64,000 bases of DNA, from NCBI GenBank assembly GCA_022841915.1, contig JALHQN010000022.1:1115-65114 (forward strand). Direction: 5' to 3'. The position numbers were made by a program, and so were the translations under genes. Of this stretch, positions 38,467 to 50,200 are shown piece after piece (within the stretch, counting starts at the first letter, position 1; every line of letters begins with the position of its first letter). The stretch comes from Burkholderiales bacterium. GTDB taxonomy: Bacteria; Pseudomonadota; Gammaproteobacteria; Burkholderiales; WYBJ01. The notes below the pieces were generated by a model that was not told the origin of the DNA, ran no database searches, and was given only the letters and a program-made list of their open reading frames with translations.

Positions 38467-40260
38467 ATGACCGCACCCCGAGACGACCGCACTGCCGAGC
38501 TCGCCCCCGAGACCTTCGCGGAAATCGCGCAACAGAGCAGCCGACTGCTTGCGGAGGCGATGAAGCGCCAAGGCAAGGGATCGCACTTCAGCATGGGCGA
38601 TGAAATGGGCATCGCCAAGGCGTTCTTCGATCTGACCGCCAAGATGATGGCCGATCCGATGAAGCTCGCCGAGGTGCAGATGAACCTGTGGAAGGACTAC
38701 ATGACGCTCTGGCAAGGCTCGATGCTGCGTCTCATGGGGCAGTCCGCGCCGGCTGTGGCGGTGCCCGACAAATCCGATCGCCGGTTCAGGGATCCGGAGT
38801 GGGAAGAGCATTTCGTCTTCGACTACATCAAGCAGTCGTATCTCATCGCGGCCAAGCACTTGCATCGGGCGGTCGCCGAGGTCGAGGGACTGGACGACGC
38901 CAGCGCCAAGAAAGTGGACTTCTACACGCGCCAGTACATCGACGCGATTTCCCCGACCAACTTCGCTCTGACCAATCCCGAGGTGCTGCGCGAGACCGCC
39001 GCTACCGGGGGCAAGAACCTGGTCGGCGGCCTGAAGAACCTGCTCGACGACCTGGAGCGGGGCAACGGCACCCAGGTGCGTGTGAAGATGACCGATTCGA
39101 AGGCCTTCAAGCTGGGCGAGAACATCGCCACGACGCCCGGCAAGATCGTCTTTCAGAACGACCTCATCCAGCTGATCCAGTACGAGCCTCGCACCAAGAA
39201 CGTCTTTGCCCGGCCTCTGCTCATCATTCCGCCCTGGATCAACAAGTATTACATCCTCGACCTGAGGGAGAAGAACTCCTTCGTGCGCTGGGCGGCCGAG
39301 CAGGGGCATACCGTGTTCGTGGTCTCCTGGGTCAACCCGGACGAGCGCTTCGCGCAGAAGAGTTTCGAGGACTACATGTTCGAGGGGCCGCTCGCCGCGC
39401 TCGATGCGATCGAGCGGGCGACGGGCGAATCGAGCGCCGACGTCATCGGCTATTGCCTCGGCGGAACCTTGCTTGCCTGCACCTTGGCCTACCTGACCGC
39501 GAAGAAACAGGCCGCTCGGGTCGCCAGCGCCACGTTCTTCGTCACCCTGATCGACTTCGAAGAACCGGGCGAACTCGGTGTGTTCACCGACGAGCAGACC
39601 GTGTCCAGCCTGGAGCAGCGCATGAGCGAGCGCGGCTATCTCGAAGGCTCGGAGATGGGCAACACGTTCAACATGCTGCGGGCCAACGACCTCATCTGGT
39701 CGTTCGTCATCAACAACTACCTGCTGGGGAAGGACCCGATCCCGTTCGATCTGCTGCACTGGAACTCCGATTCCACCCGGATGCCGGCGTGCATGCACAC
39801 CTTCTACCTGCGCAACATGTATATCCGCAATGCCCTGCGCACGCCCGGCGCGATCACGCTCGGCGGCGTGCCGATCGACGTGACGAAGGTGAAGGTGCCG
39901 GCATATTTCATCTCCACGGTCGAGGATCACATCGCCCCCTGGAAGTCGACCTTCGCCGGCGCCAAGCTGCTTGCCGGGCCGGTTCGCTTCGTCCTCGGCG
40001 GATCGGGCCATATCGCCGGCATCATCAATCCGCCTGCAGGCAACAAGTATTGCTACTGGACGGGTGCCAAGCCGAGCGGCCGAGCGGACGACTGGCTGAA
40101 AAAGGCCAAGCAGCACCCCGGGTCGTGGTGGACGGATTGGGCAGCCTGGGTGGAGAAACATGCGGGCGATCGCGTGCCCGCTCGAGTGCCTGGCGACGGG
40201 GAACTGGCTGTCATCGAGCCGGCGCCCGGGCGCTATGTCAGTGTGCGACTCGACAAATGA
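38467..40260 (+). CDS. phaC: class I poly(R)-hydroxyalkanoate synthase
   Basis: 597 aa from MTAPRDD. Contains the PhaC N-domain motifs RFRDPEW and PLLIIPPWINKYYILDL, and the lipase box GYCLGG. Confidence 0.9.
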   Translation: MTAPRDDRTAELAPETFAEIAQQSSRLLAEAMKRQGKGSHFSMGDEMGIAKAFFDLTAKMMADPMKLAEVQMNLWKDYMTLWQGSMLRLMGQSAPAVAVPDKSDRRFRDPEWEEHFVFDYIKQSYLIAAKHLHRAVAEVEGLDDASAKKVDFYTRQYIDAISPTNFALTNPEVLRETAATGGKNLVGGLKNLLDDLERGNGTQVRVKMTDSKAFKLGENIATTPGKIVFQNDLIQLIQYEPRTKNVFARPLLIIPPWINKYYILDLREKNSFVRWAAEQGHTVFVVSWVNPDERFAQKSFEDYMFEGPLAALDAIERATGESSADVIGYCLGGTLLACTLAYLTAKKQAARVASATFFVTLIDFEEPGELGVFTDEQTVSSLEQRMSERGYLEGSEMGNTFNMLRANDLIWSFVINNYLLGKDPIPFDLLHWNSDSTRMPACMHTFYLRNMYIRNALRTPGAITLGGVPIDVTKVKVPAYFISTVEDHIAPWKSTFAGAKLLAGPVRFVLGGSGHIAGIINPPAGNKYCYWTGAKPSGRADDWLKKAKQHPGSWWTDWAAWVEKHAGDRVPARVPGDGELAVIEPAPGRYVSVRLDK

Positions 40261-40402
40261 TGCGCGCAGGGCGGGTGTTTAGTTTTGGCGCGGCGGAGCA
40301 ATCGTGACTTTATTCCTCGGGTGATTATTCCGCGCTGATACAATCGCTTGCAACGTCATACCCCGAATTTTCCTAACACTTCGGCATCACCCGGGAGGTT
40401 GC

Positions 40403-41017
40403 ATGCGCGCATCCACGCTTACCTTCGCTTCCTTGCTCGCGCTTGCTGCGAGCACAGGAGCTTCCGCTCAATGGTCGCCCGCCGGGCCCTACACCTTCGT
40501 TCAGGGTCAGACCTACGAGCTTCAGTTCACGCAGCCCGCGGTCGCGAATTTCCTCGCGGCCGACCTCCTCATCCGTTATTCCCCGCAAGTCTACGAGCCG
40601 ATCGCGCTGCTTCCCGGTTCGCTGGAGAGCCTTCTGAGCGTTCTTGCGAGTAACCCGGCAGCGGGGGCAGGCGGGCTCGATGAGGTCATCATCCAGGTCA
40701 CCCCTTCTTTCTCTGCGCCCTTGGGCGACTATGGCTTGAACCTGCCTGCCGGTTCGATGTTCGGCGTCAGCTTCAAGGTCAAGGACGACGCGCCCCTCGG
40801 TACGGCTTCCGGCGATGTCGCAACGAGTTTTTCCGTGACGTTCGGTGACCCCAGCGGGGTGCTCGACGAAATCGTGATTCCCGGTGCGCTCACGGTGGCG
40901 ACGACTATCGTCCCTGTGCCCGAGCCCCAGACTTGGGCGCTGATGATCGCGGGATTGGCGCTGATCGGTGGCGCCGCCAAGCGTGCGCACCGCCGGTCCG
41001 CGATGCGCATGGCGTAG
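40403..41017 (+). CDS. PEP-CTERM-anchored secreted protein with cohesin-like domain
   Basis: The signal peptide is [22 protein letters not shown]. The C-terminus [27 protein letters not shown] gives PEP motif, TM helix and basic tail. The body has cohesin-like strands ([36 protein letters not shown]). Confidence 0.85.
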   Translation: MRASTLTFASLLALAASTGASAQWSPAGPYTFVQGQTYELQFTQPAVANFLAADLLIRYSPQVYEPIALLPGSLESLLSVLASNPAAGAGGLDEVIIQVTPSFSAPLGDYGLNLPAGSMFGVSFKVKDDAPLGTASGDVATSFSVTFGDPSGVLDEIVIPGALTVATTIVPVPEPQTWALMIAGLALIGGAAKRAHRRSAMRMA

Positions 41018-41080
41018 CACGCAGCGGAATGTCGGGCATCATGCTGTCCAGACGGCATGCGATGACTTCATCGTTTTCAA

Positions 41081-41112
41081 CTGGGGCGCCCGAGCGCCCC
41101 AGTTTTGTTTTG
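41081..41112 (+). terminator. rho-independent terminator after the PEP-CTERM gene
   Basis: ctggggcgc-ccga-gcgccccag forms a 9-bp GC stem with a tetraloop, followed by ttttgttttg. Confidence 0.75.
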
Positions 41113-41210
41113 TCGGCACGCTTCGCGGCTGCGGAAGCAGTCCCGGTGATCGTCGGGACGCTCGACTTCGAAGCCTCTTCTTCCGGCCCAGGCCGGCTCA
41201 GGAAAACAGC

Positions 41211-44200
41211 ATGAACCCTCTCCTCGGCAAGTTGACCCGGCGTCTGCGTTCGTCCCTCACCGGGGCGGGCTTCCGGAGCGATCGCCCGGTGGGCAAGGAG
41301 CCGCAGCCGCCTTTCGTGCGTTCCGCCATCCATCGCATGCTGTTCGAATCCCTGGAACAGCGCTTGCTGCTGTCGGATACGCCGCTGACGCCGCCGACGT
41401 ACACGGCCGAGATCAACTACGACGCCGGACTGAGCACCGGCATGGATGTGACGCTCGAGGTGATCAGCGATGCGGGGACACCCGTGTTGCGTCTTTGGGA
41501 CAACGCCTTCGGTCTGGAGCGCGGACGGCAGATCCTGGACGAGAACATCCGGGTCACGATCACCGGATCCGAGGACACGCTGCTCACCGGCAGAAGCCTG
41601 AGCGATGTGCTGCGCATCGACCTGGGGCATACGGGCGGGGCTTTCGCGCCCTATTCGATCATGGTGGAACTCGACGGCGGCGAAAATCTGCCGAGCACGC
41701 CGCTGTTGAGCGTGGACGACGCAGTCATCGTTCAGAACACCGGGCCCACGCTCTACATCCCCTCCAGTCTCTTCATCAAGAGCACGTCCGATGTGATCTT
41801 CAATTCCGGGGTCACGATCAATGGCGGTCTCGATGTGCAATCGGAAGAGCGCATCAGCGTCGGCGCGGGCGTCGCCATCTCCGCGGGCGATGTGTACTTC
41901 GGCGTGACGGACACCCTCGATAGCGGCTTCGATCTGATCGACGGATTCAATATCCTTGGCGCTGCGACGGCCGGCATCACGCTCGACGGGGCCAGCATCA
42001 CCGCCAGCCATATCGGCTTGTTCGCCGCCGCGGTGCTCGACATCGACACCGAAGACAGCGCCTATTTCAACGACGTGGTGAAGATCGCCTTCGTCCAGGC
42101 CAGTGCGGATGCCGCGATCACGATCGAGGGTGCTGCGGTCTTGACGGCCACCAACGGCATCACCGCGCGGGCCAGTTCGACGGCGACCTCCAAGGCCACC
42201 ACCGCGCCCGACGACACCAGCACGCAGAGCGATACCGACGCTTCGATCGCCTCCAATATCGTCCACAGTGCTGCCAGCGTTCGTGTCGGCGGCACGGCCA
42301 GCCTGATCTCCGGCGGCACGGTGACGTTGTCGGCGGTCAATACGGCCGACGTCTCCGCGAGTGCCGACGGCACCTCGGGTGCGGATGCCGGCACCGCCAT
42401 CGGCGGGACGGTTGCCATCGCGAGCTTGTCGGGAGACACCACGGCGCAGATCGCAGACAGCGCATCGGTGACTGCGGGAGCGCTCAGCGTCGGGGCCGTC
42501 AACAATCGGACGGTGCACACGCAGGCCAAGGCAACGCAAGGCGGCGCCAGCGATCCGGGCGCATCCTCCACCACCGGCAGCCAGACACTCGAAACCGAGG
42601 AGGCAAGCACCGGGGACGGCAGTGTCGGTTTCGCCGCTGCCGTGGCCGTGACACACGTCGACGGCACTACGGTCGGGCGTATCGCGACCGGGGGCACCGT
42701 GACCTCGACGGGCGCCATCGTGGTGACCGCGACTTCCAGTCTGGGCGCGCCGGCCGCTGCGGCGATGATGACGCAAGCCGATGGCAGTTCGGCCAGCGGC
42801 TCGGGCACCGCGGTCGGCGTGGCCGTGGCCATCAATGTCGTCGACATCGGCGCCCGCGCCTCCCTGGGCGGTACCGGAACGATCATGGCATCGAGCATCA
42901 GCGTGCAATCGACCACGACCACAAGCGACAAGATGGGCGCCCAGTCCATCTCGGGCGCAAGCGGCTCGGATCTCGGCATCGCCGGCTCCCTGGCGATCAA
43001 CGTCGGCGTCACGCGCACGGAATCGACCATCGAGGCGGGCAGCGCGCTCACCGTGCTGGGCGGCAACGTGTCGCTCGGAGCCACCAGTCAGACGCATGAC
43101 GTCGCCAAGGCGCTGCCGCAGGAGGATCCGGTCAGCGGCGAGAGTTTCGGCATGGGCGCATCGGTGGCGATCAACGTGGCCGACCATACGACGCGCGCGA
43201 TCGTCGACACGACGGCCTTGAATCCGGTCACGACGTTCAATGGCCTGGGACTCGCGCTGAATGCATCTTCGAACAGCGATGTCGACACCGAGGCACGCGG
43301 CGGCGCCGAAGGCGGTACGGCCATCACGCCCGTGGCCGCGATCACGATTGCCACGGACCACACCCGGGTCGGCCTCGGGGCCGGCAGTGCCACGACGCTC
43401 AGTGGCGCGCTGACCGGGACGGCAACTCACGCCGGCGATGTGCTCGGAAAAGCCGAGGGGGACGCCGAAGGCAGCGACAGCGCCGCGGTCGGTGCGTCGT
43501 TCACCTTCACTCGGTCATCTCCCACGGTCGAGGCTTTGATCGCCGGCAATCTGACCGCGACGGGTGCCGCGACCATGACGGCCCGCAGCACCGGCAGCGC
43601 GCGCAGCGACGCCAAGGCGGCGGCGCGCGGGGCTCAGGAGAACGGCAGCGACGCCGACGACACCGCGGCGAACGGTCGGGGTGCGGGCGACAACGCCGCC
43701 ACCGCCGGGGGGCGGGGCGCCAGCGACAGCGGGTCGTCCACGACGCCGTCTTCGGAGACCAGCGATGGGCCCGTGACGGTCGCGGCGGCGATCGCCATCC
43801 ATATCTCCGAGTCCAGCGCACGCGCCGGTGTCGCGGACGGCGTGACCGTCTCCACGGGCGGCGCGCTGACATTGCGCGGCGAAAGCAACATCGACTCGAC
43901 GGTCAAGGCCGACGGCACAGCGGCCAGCGGCAGCACCAATGTTGCCGCCGCAGTCGCGATCGGCGTGGCCACCGCCAATACCGAGGCGAGCATCGGCAAT
44001 TCCATCGTCATCAGTCAGGGGTTGACCCTCGACGCCCGCATGGCCGACGTCAGCGGTGACGCGCGCCACGAGGCCTCCGCGGAGGCCGTGTCCGGGGCGG
44101 GCGATGCCGACAATTCAGGCGACACGAGCGTGGCCGGCTCGCTTGCCATCAACGTGGGCAAGAGCCGCAGTGAAGCCTTCGTCGCCGGCGCCGCCAACGT

Positions 44201-47200
44201 CGACGCCAACGGCGGCGACGTGAGCCTGAACGCGCGGTCCACGTCCCGGGATCGGGGCACCGCCTTGCCCCAGGGCGGCGGCGCCGTGGCCGAGAACGTC
44301 GGCGTCGGCGCTTCGGTCGCCATCAACATCGCCGATCGCGTCAGCCGCGCGGAGGTGATGAATGGCGCGGGCTTCACCGACACCGGCACCGTCACGATCG
44401 GCGCACGCACCGACAGCACCCTGGAAACCAAGGCCGAGGGCGGTGCCAAAGGCGGCACAGCGATCACGCCTGTGTTTGCGCTCACTATCGCCAATCAGGA
44501 CAGCATTGCGAGGATAGGCAGCGGCGGTACGCTTACGGCTTCGGGCAGCGTGAGCGTGACTTCGGATCTGCGCAGCACCAACACCACGCAGACGGAAGGC
44601 AAGGCCGAGGGCAGCGAGGACGCCGCGGTCGGTGCCGCGGTGTCGCTCAATTTCGAGTACGACACCTCGCAAGCGACGATCGCTCGTGCGGTGACCGCGA
44701 CGGGCGATGTGAGCGTCCGCGCGTCGAGTCAGGTGGCCGCCAGTGCCGAGGCCAAGGCCAGTGCCGTCGGCGGCAACACGGACGACGAGAACTCCAACGA
44801 CGATGACGACGCGGTCGATCAGCAGAACGCGGCTGGCCGCAATCGTGGCGACACGGCGGCTGCGGGCGGTGGCGCACGCGGCAGCAGCAACAATCAATCC
44901 AATCCCACGGCGAGCACCGCCAGCACCGACACGAGCGAAAGCGGCGGCACCGACTCCGTCAGCGTGGCGGCGGCGGTGGCGCTGAACATCACCGAGACCA
45001 CCAGCCGGGCGCAGATCGTGACCGGCGCGATCAATGCAGGCGGCAATGTCAGCGTCGCATCGAGCGCGAATACCGACGCCGAAGCGAAAGCGGACGGCAG
45101 TGCCACCGGGGCCGGATCGGTCGGCGTCGGGGCCGCCGTGGCGATCAATGCACCCAGCGTCGTCAACGAAGCGCTGATCGGTGGCGGTGTCGCGGTCACT
45201 GCCGATGGCTTGTCGATCACGGCGGGCATGACCGCCGTCGACGGCAATCAGACGCATACCTATCTTGCCGATGCCAAATCGGGTGCCGGTGATGGCGACG
45301 TCGGGGTGGCGGGCTCTCTGGCGATCAACGTCGCCAACACCGATACGCGCGCTGCGATGCTCACCGGCGCGAGTGCTGCTCTGAACGGGGGTGCGCTCGT
45401 CCTGACCGCTGCCTCGACCACCACCAATACCGCCAATGCCTTGCCTGTCGAGGGCTTGGAGACCGACGGTTCGGATGCCGGCGTCGGCGCATCGGTCTCG
45501 GTGAACTACATCGATCACAATGTCACAGCCGATTTGCAGAGCGGCACACCCATCACGGGGACGGCCGCCAGCCTGCTCGTCAGCGCCAGCGGCAATCACA
45601 CCACCGTGACCGAGGCCGAGAACGGCGCCAAGGGCGACGTCGGCGTGGGGGTCGGCGCGGCGGTGACGATCGCCGAAGGCGATACGCTGGCTCACGCCGG
45701 CGCAGGCGGGTCATTGAACCTGACGGGTTCGGCCGGCGTTCTCGCAACCCACTTCCATCAGATCACCGCGAACGCCGATGCCGAAGCTGCCGCCGAAAGC
45801 GTCGGTGTCGGCGCCTCGGTGGTGGTGACGATCGCGGCAGAAACGGCCCGAGCCTCGCTCGGGCGCAGCTTGAACGCGACCGGCAGTGTGGATGTGGGTT
45901 CCAGCTTCACCCTGTTGTCGACGGCGACCGCTGCGGCGAGCGCGAAAGGCAACGATTCGGGAGACAGCACGCGCGATTCCGATCAGGAAGCGAGCAATCA
46001 GGCGAACAATCAGGGCAATACCGGCGGTGATCGCGCCGTGCCCTCCGCTCAGGGACAGACCGACAGCGCCAACAGCGAAGCCTCCAGCGAATCGAGCAGC
46101 GAATCCGACAGCGTCGGGGTCGCCGCCGCCATCGCAGTCAACGTGATGGTCATCAGCAACACGGCCGAGATTCTCGCCGGCACGACGGTCGCTGCGCTCG
46201 GCACGGTCACAGTGGATGCGACCGCGGACTTCAATGCGATCACTCAGGCCACCGGCGATGCGTTCGACCTCTCCGGCGGGACCGGGGTCGGAGCGGCGGT
46301 CGGTTTCACCTATGCCGATGCCGACAACATCGCGCGCGTGGGGGCGAACGCTAACCTCACCGGGACTGCCGTGCGCATCACGGCCGATCGCCCCGGCAAC
46401 AGCGGCGAGCACGAGTTCCGTACCTGGGGCCTGGCCGCCGGCGGCGGCGAGGATACGGGTGCGGCGGGCTCGGTGGCGATCAACTATGTGAATATCACCA
46501 CCACAGCGGCCGCCGGCCCCGGAGCGCGGCTGACTGCGACCGCGGGCAACGTCGACGTGCGCGCGGACGAAGTGACGGCCGTGCAGGTGGTTGCCGGCGG
46601 TGCGGGTGTCAGCACCGAAGGCTCGGGCGTCGGCGCGGCGGTCGGCATCAACATCATCGACATCGCCACCACGGCGAGCATCGGCGCGGATGCCGTCGTC
46701 GTCGCCCGTGACGACGTGAACGTCACCGCGGACGCGGCCATCATCCCGGCCACGGTCGATCTGCCCGATCCGCTGGGTTCGATCTCGCTCACCAACGTGT
46801 CCGTGAGCGGCGGCATTTCCAATGGCGATCTCGGTGTCGCCGGGTCGGCTGCGATCAACATCTTCGACCTGCGCACGGTCGCCTTTATCGACGACAGGGC
46901 CCAAGTCAATCAGACCGGAACCGCCGGCGCCGACCAGGATGTGCTGGTCCGCGCGACGAGTTCGACCGAAATCGACAGCGGCGCGGGTGCAGGCGGGCTG
47001 TCGACGGGCAGCACCGGCGTCGGCATCGGTCTGGACTTCACCTATCTGGAAGAAGACACCCTCGCCTGGATCGGCAGTTCGGCCGACGTGCGCGCAGCGG
47101 ACGACATCACGGTGCGAGCACAGTCGTCTCACGACGTCGTCTCGGTCAGTGCCGCTGCGGGGCTCGCGACCGATGGTGTCGGCGCCGCCGGCGGGGTGAC

Positions 47201-50200
47201 GGTCTATCTGCTGTGGACCGACACCCGCGCGTATGTCGAGGGCGGCGCAGCCCTGGGTACGGTGCTCGATGCCGGTGGCGATGTGAGGGTCACGGCCCAA
47301 GGCGATCTCGATGCGCTCATGATCGCGGGTGCGTTGGCTTACGGATCGAGCGCGGGCATCGGCATTTCGAGCACGGTGCTGGTCCACGAGGACGTGGTCG
47401 AAGCCTCCCTGGGACGTTCGAGCGTGGTGAACGCCGGTGGCGACGTGGGTGTGGTCGTGGATGCGCGGTCGTCCGAGAATCTCGTCACGGTGGCCGTGGG
47501 CGGCGGCGTGTCGTCCGATGCCGGTATCGCGGCCTCGGCCGTGGTCAACGTGCTCACGCAGACCACGCGCGCCTACATCGATCGCGGCAGCAGCGTCACG
47601 GCGCAGAACGCCGGCACGCTCAGCCATCCCGGCATTGCGGTGACCGCCGACGACGAGACCGATATCGTGGCGGTCGCCGGCTCGGTCGGTGCGTCCAGTA
47701 CCGTGGGCGTCGGTATCGGCGCGACCGTGGGCACGATCAGCAAAACCACCGAGGCGTACATCGAGTCGGGTGTGACCGCGACGAGCGACGGGCATGTGAT
47801 CGTCGGTGCTCGCAACGACGAGGATGTCACCTCCTTCGCGGCCGGCGTGGGCGCCAGCGGCACGGCCGGCATCGCCGGTGACGCCAACGTCTACCTGCTC
47901 GACATCACGACGCGCGGCTTCGTCGGTGACGACCCGTCCGATCTGACGGGTTCGCTCGGCGCGGGCCATGTCCACGCGCGCGGCAACATCTCGATTTCGG
48001 CCGACGATCGCAGCGAACTCGATCTCATCACCGGCTCGGTGGGCGCGTCGGGGACGGTCGGCATCGCCGCGTCGGCGGGTGTCACGACGACGACCAAGGA
48101 GACGCTCGCGTTCGTCGGCAACGGGGCGCGAGTGACGGCCGACGGTCTCATCGAGGGCCTCACCGTCTACGACGGCATCGCCATCGGCTCGACGGCGGCG
48201 GCGCCTCTGGACCAGACCGCGTTCGCCGATGCGGGCGAAGGCGAGATCGCCACCGCCGGCAACGGCGAGATCGGGCTGCCGAATCTGGGTGCGATCGATT
48301 CGAATCAGGACGGCGCGAACGATCAAAGCGATACGAGCTTCCTTGCCCAGCGCACCGCGACGCTCGCGCCGAACGTCGGTTTCCGCGGCCTGTCGGTCAC
48401 GGCGAACAATCGCGACGACATCGAAACTTTCTCTGTCAGTCTTGGGGCCGGTACGGTCGGCATCGGCATCGGCGCCACCGTGAACGTGGTGGACACCTTC
48501 ACTCAGGCGTGGATCGGGGACGATGCGCTCGTCAACCTCGACAACACCGCTGCGAGCGGTGCGCAGTCGGTGGTGGTCTCGGCGGCGAACGATTTCTACC
48601 ATCTGTCCGTGTCCGGAGCGATCGGCGTCGGCACCGTCGGGATCGCGCCCGGCGTCAACGTCACCGTGCTCGCGCACGACACGCAGGCGCGCATCGGCGT
48701 CTTCGCCACGGTCAATGCGCGCGACGACGTGCGCGTGCAGTCCAGCGGTAAGGATGACATCGTGCTCGTGGCTGCCGGTGTCGCGGCAGGCACGGTCGGC
48801 ATCGGTGGAGCGATCAATGTCCTGACCCTAGACAACAACACGATCGCAAGCATCGGTGGGGCGAGCACCGTCAGCGCGGGCGGCGACGTGCTGGTGCGCG
48901 CGGACGACAGCACCGATATCGATGTGATCGCCGGGGCGCTCGGCGCGGGCACGGTCGGCATCGGCGCTTCGGTCGGCGTGATCACGCTCGCGAAGGACAC
49001 GCAGGCTTACATCGGCAATACCGCGACGGTCGACGCCAAGGGCAACGGTACCGGGATTGCCGGCACGCTCACCGGCGACATCGCCGGTGACGGCTTCAGT
49101 GCGGGTCAGATCCACGGCGTCATCGTCCAGGCGACGTCCAGCGAGGATTTCCTGCACCTCGGCGTGGCTGCAGGGGCCGGTTACGTCGGCGTGGCCGGCG
49201 GAGTGATCGTTTCGCTGCTCGACTCCGACACCACCGCCTATATCGGCGCGAATGCCGCCATCAACCAGAACAATGCGGGCGCGAATGCGGCGCAGAGCGT
49301 CTACGTCAACGCGGCGAACCATGCCGACACGTTCACATTCGCCGGTGCCGTGGGCGCGGGCTTCGTCGGCGTCGCCGGTTCGGTGGACGTCGGCAGCCTG
49401 AAGAACGATACCGCCGCGCGCATTCTGAGCGGCGCACGCGTCGCCGCACGCGACGATGTCGAGGTCAACGCCCTGTCCATTGTCGACGTCGAGAGCTACA
49501 CCCTGAGCGGCGCCGCCGGCTTCGTCGGTGCGGCGGGGGCGGTTTCGGTCTGGTCGATCGGGTCCCCGCTCACGCGCGACTATCAGGACAGCAACGGCGC
49601 GAGTTCGAGCGCCCTCGAGAAGAAAGTCGACAGCAACGGCAACGGTGAGGTCGATGACAGCGACGGCACCGACTCCGGCGACCGCGACGGTGCGCGTCAG
49701 GCGCAGACGGCCCGCAACGAGACGGGCAAGGTCCTCACCGGGTTCGACAGCGGCAATACGGTCGACGGCAAGAAGAGCAGTCAGGAACGCGTGAATTCGA
49801 GCGCCTCGAGCGCCGCCGCCAAGCTGAACAGTCGGGCACCCGGCGAGGCCGGGCTGCTCGCGGCAGTCAACGATGCAACTCCCGCGCAAGGCACCGAGGC
49901 GACGGTCGCCGCGGGGGTCGTCATCGAGGCGGGGGATGACGTGCGCATCACGGCGAGGCAGGACGCCATCGTCGACACCACCGTGTTCGGCGCGGGTGCC
50001 GGTGCGGTCGGCGGTGGCGCGGCGATCTCGATCATGAGCACCGCCTTCAACACCACCGCCGCCCTCGGTGGCACGGTGAGCGCCGGCGGCGAAGTCGTGG
50101 TGTCTTCGCGCCTGGATCAGGATGTCGACCTGCTGACGATGGCCGGCGGTTTCGGCTTCGTCGGCCTGGGCGCGGCCGTCGCAGTGTTCAACGACGCCAG

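Noticed and set aside
38201-38470. 89-aa + ORF as an intact gene between liuA and phaC.
   Set aside because: The family-like sequence stops after about 34 codons. The rest is low-complexity and runs into the phaC start, so I treat it as a possible remnant only.
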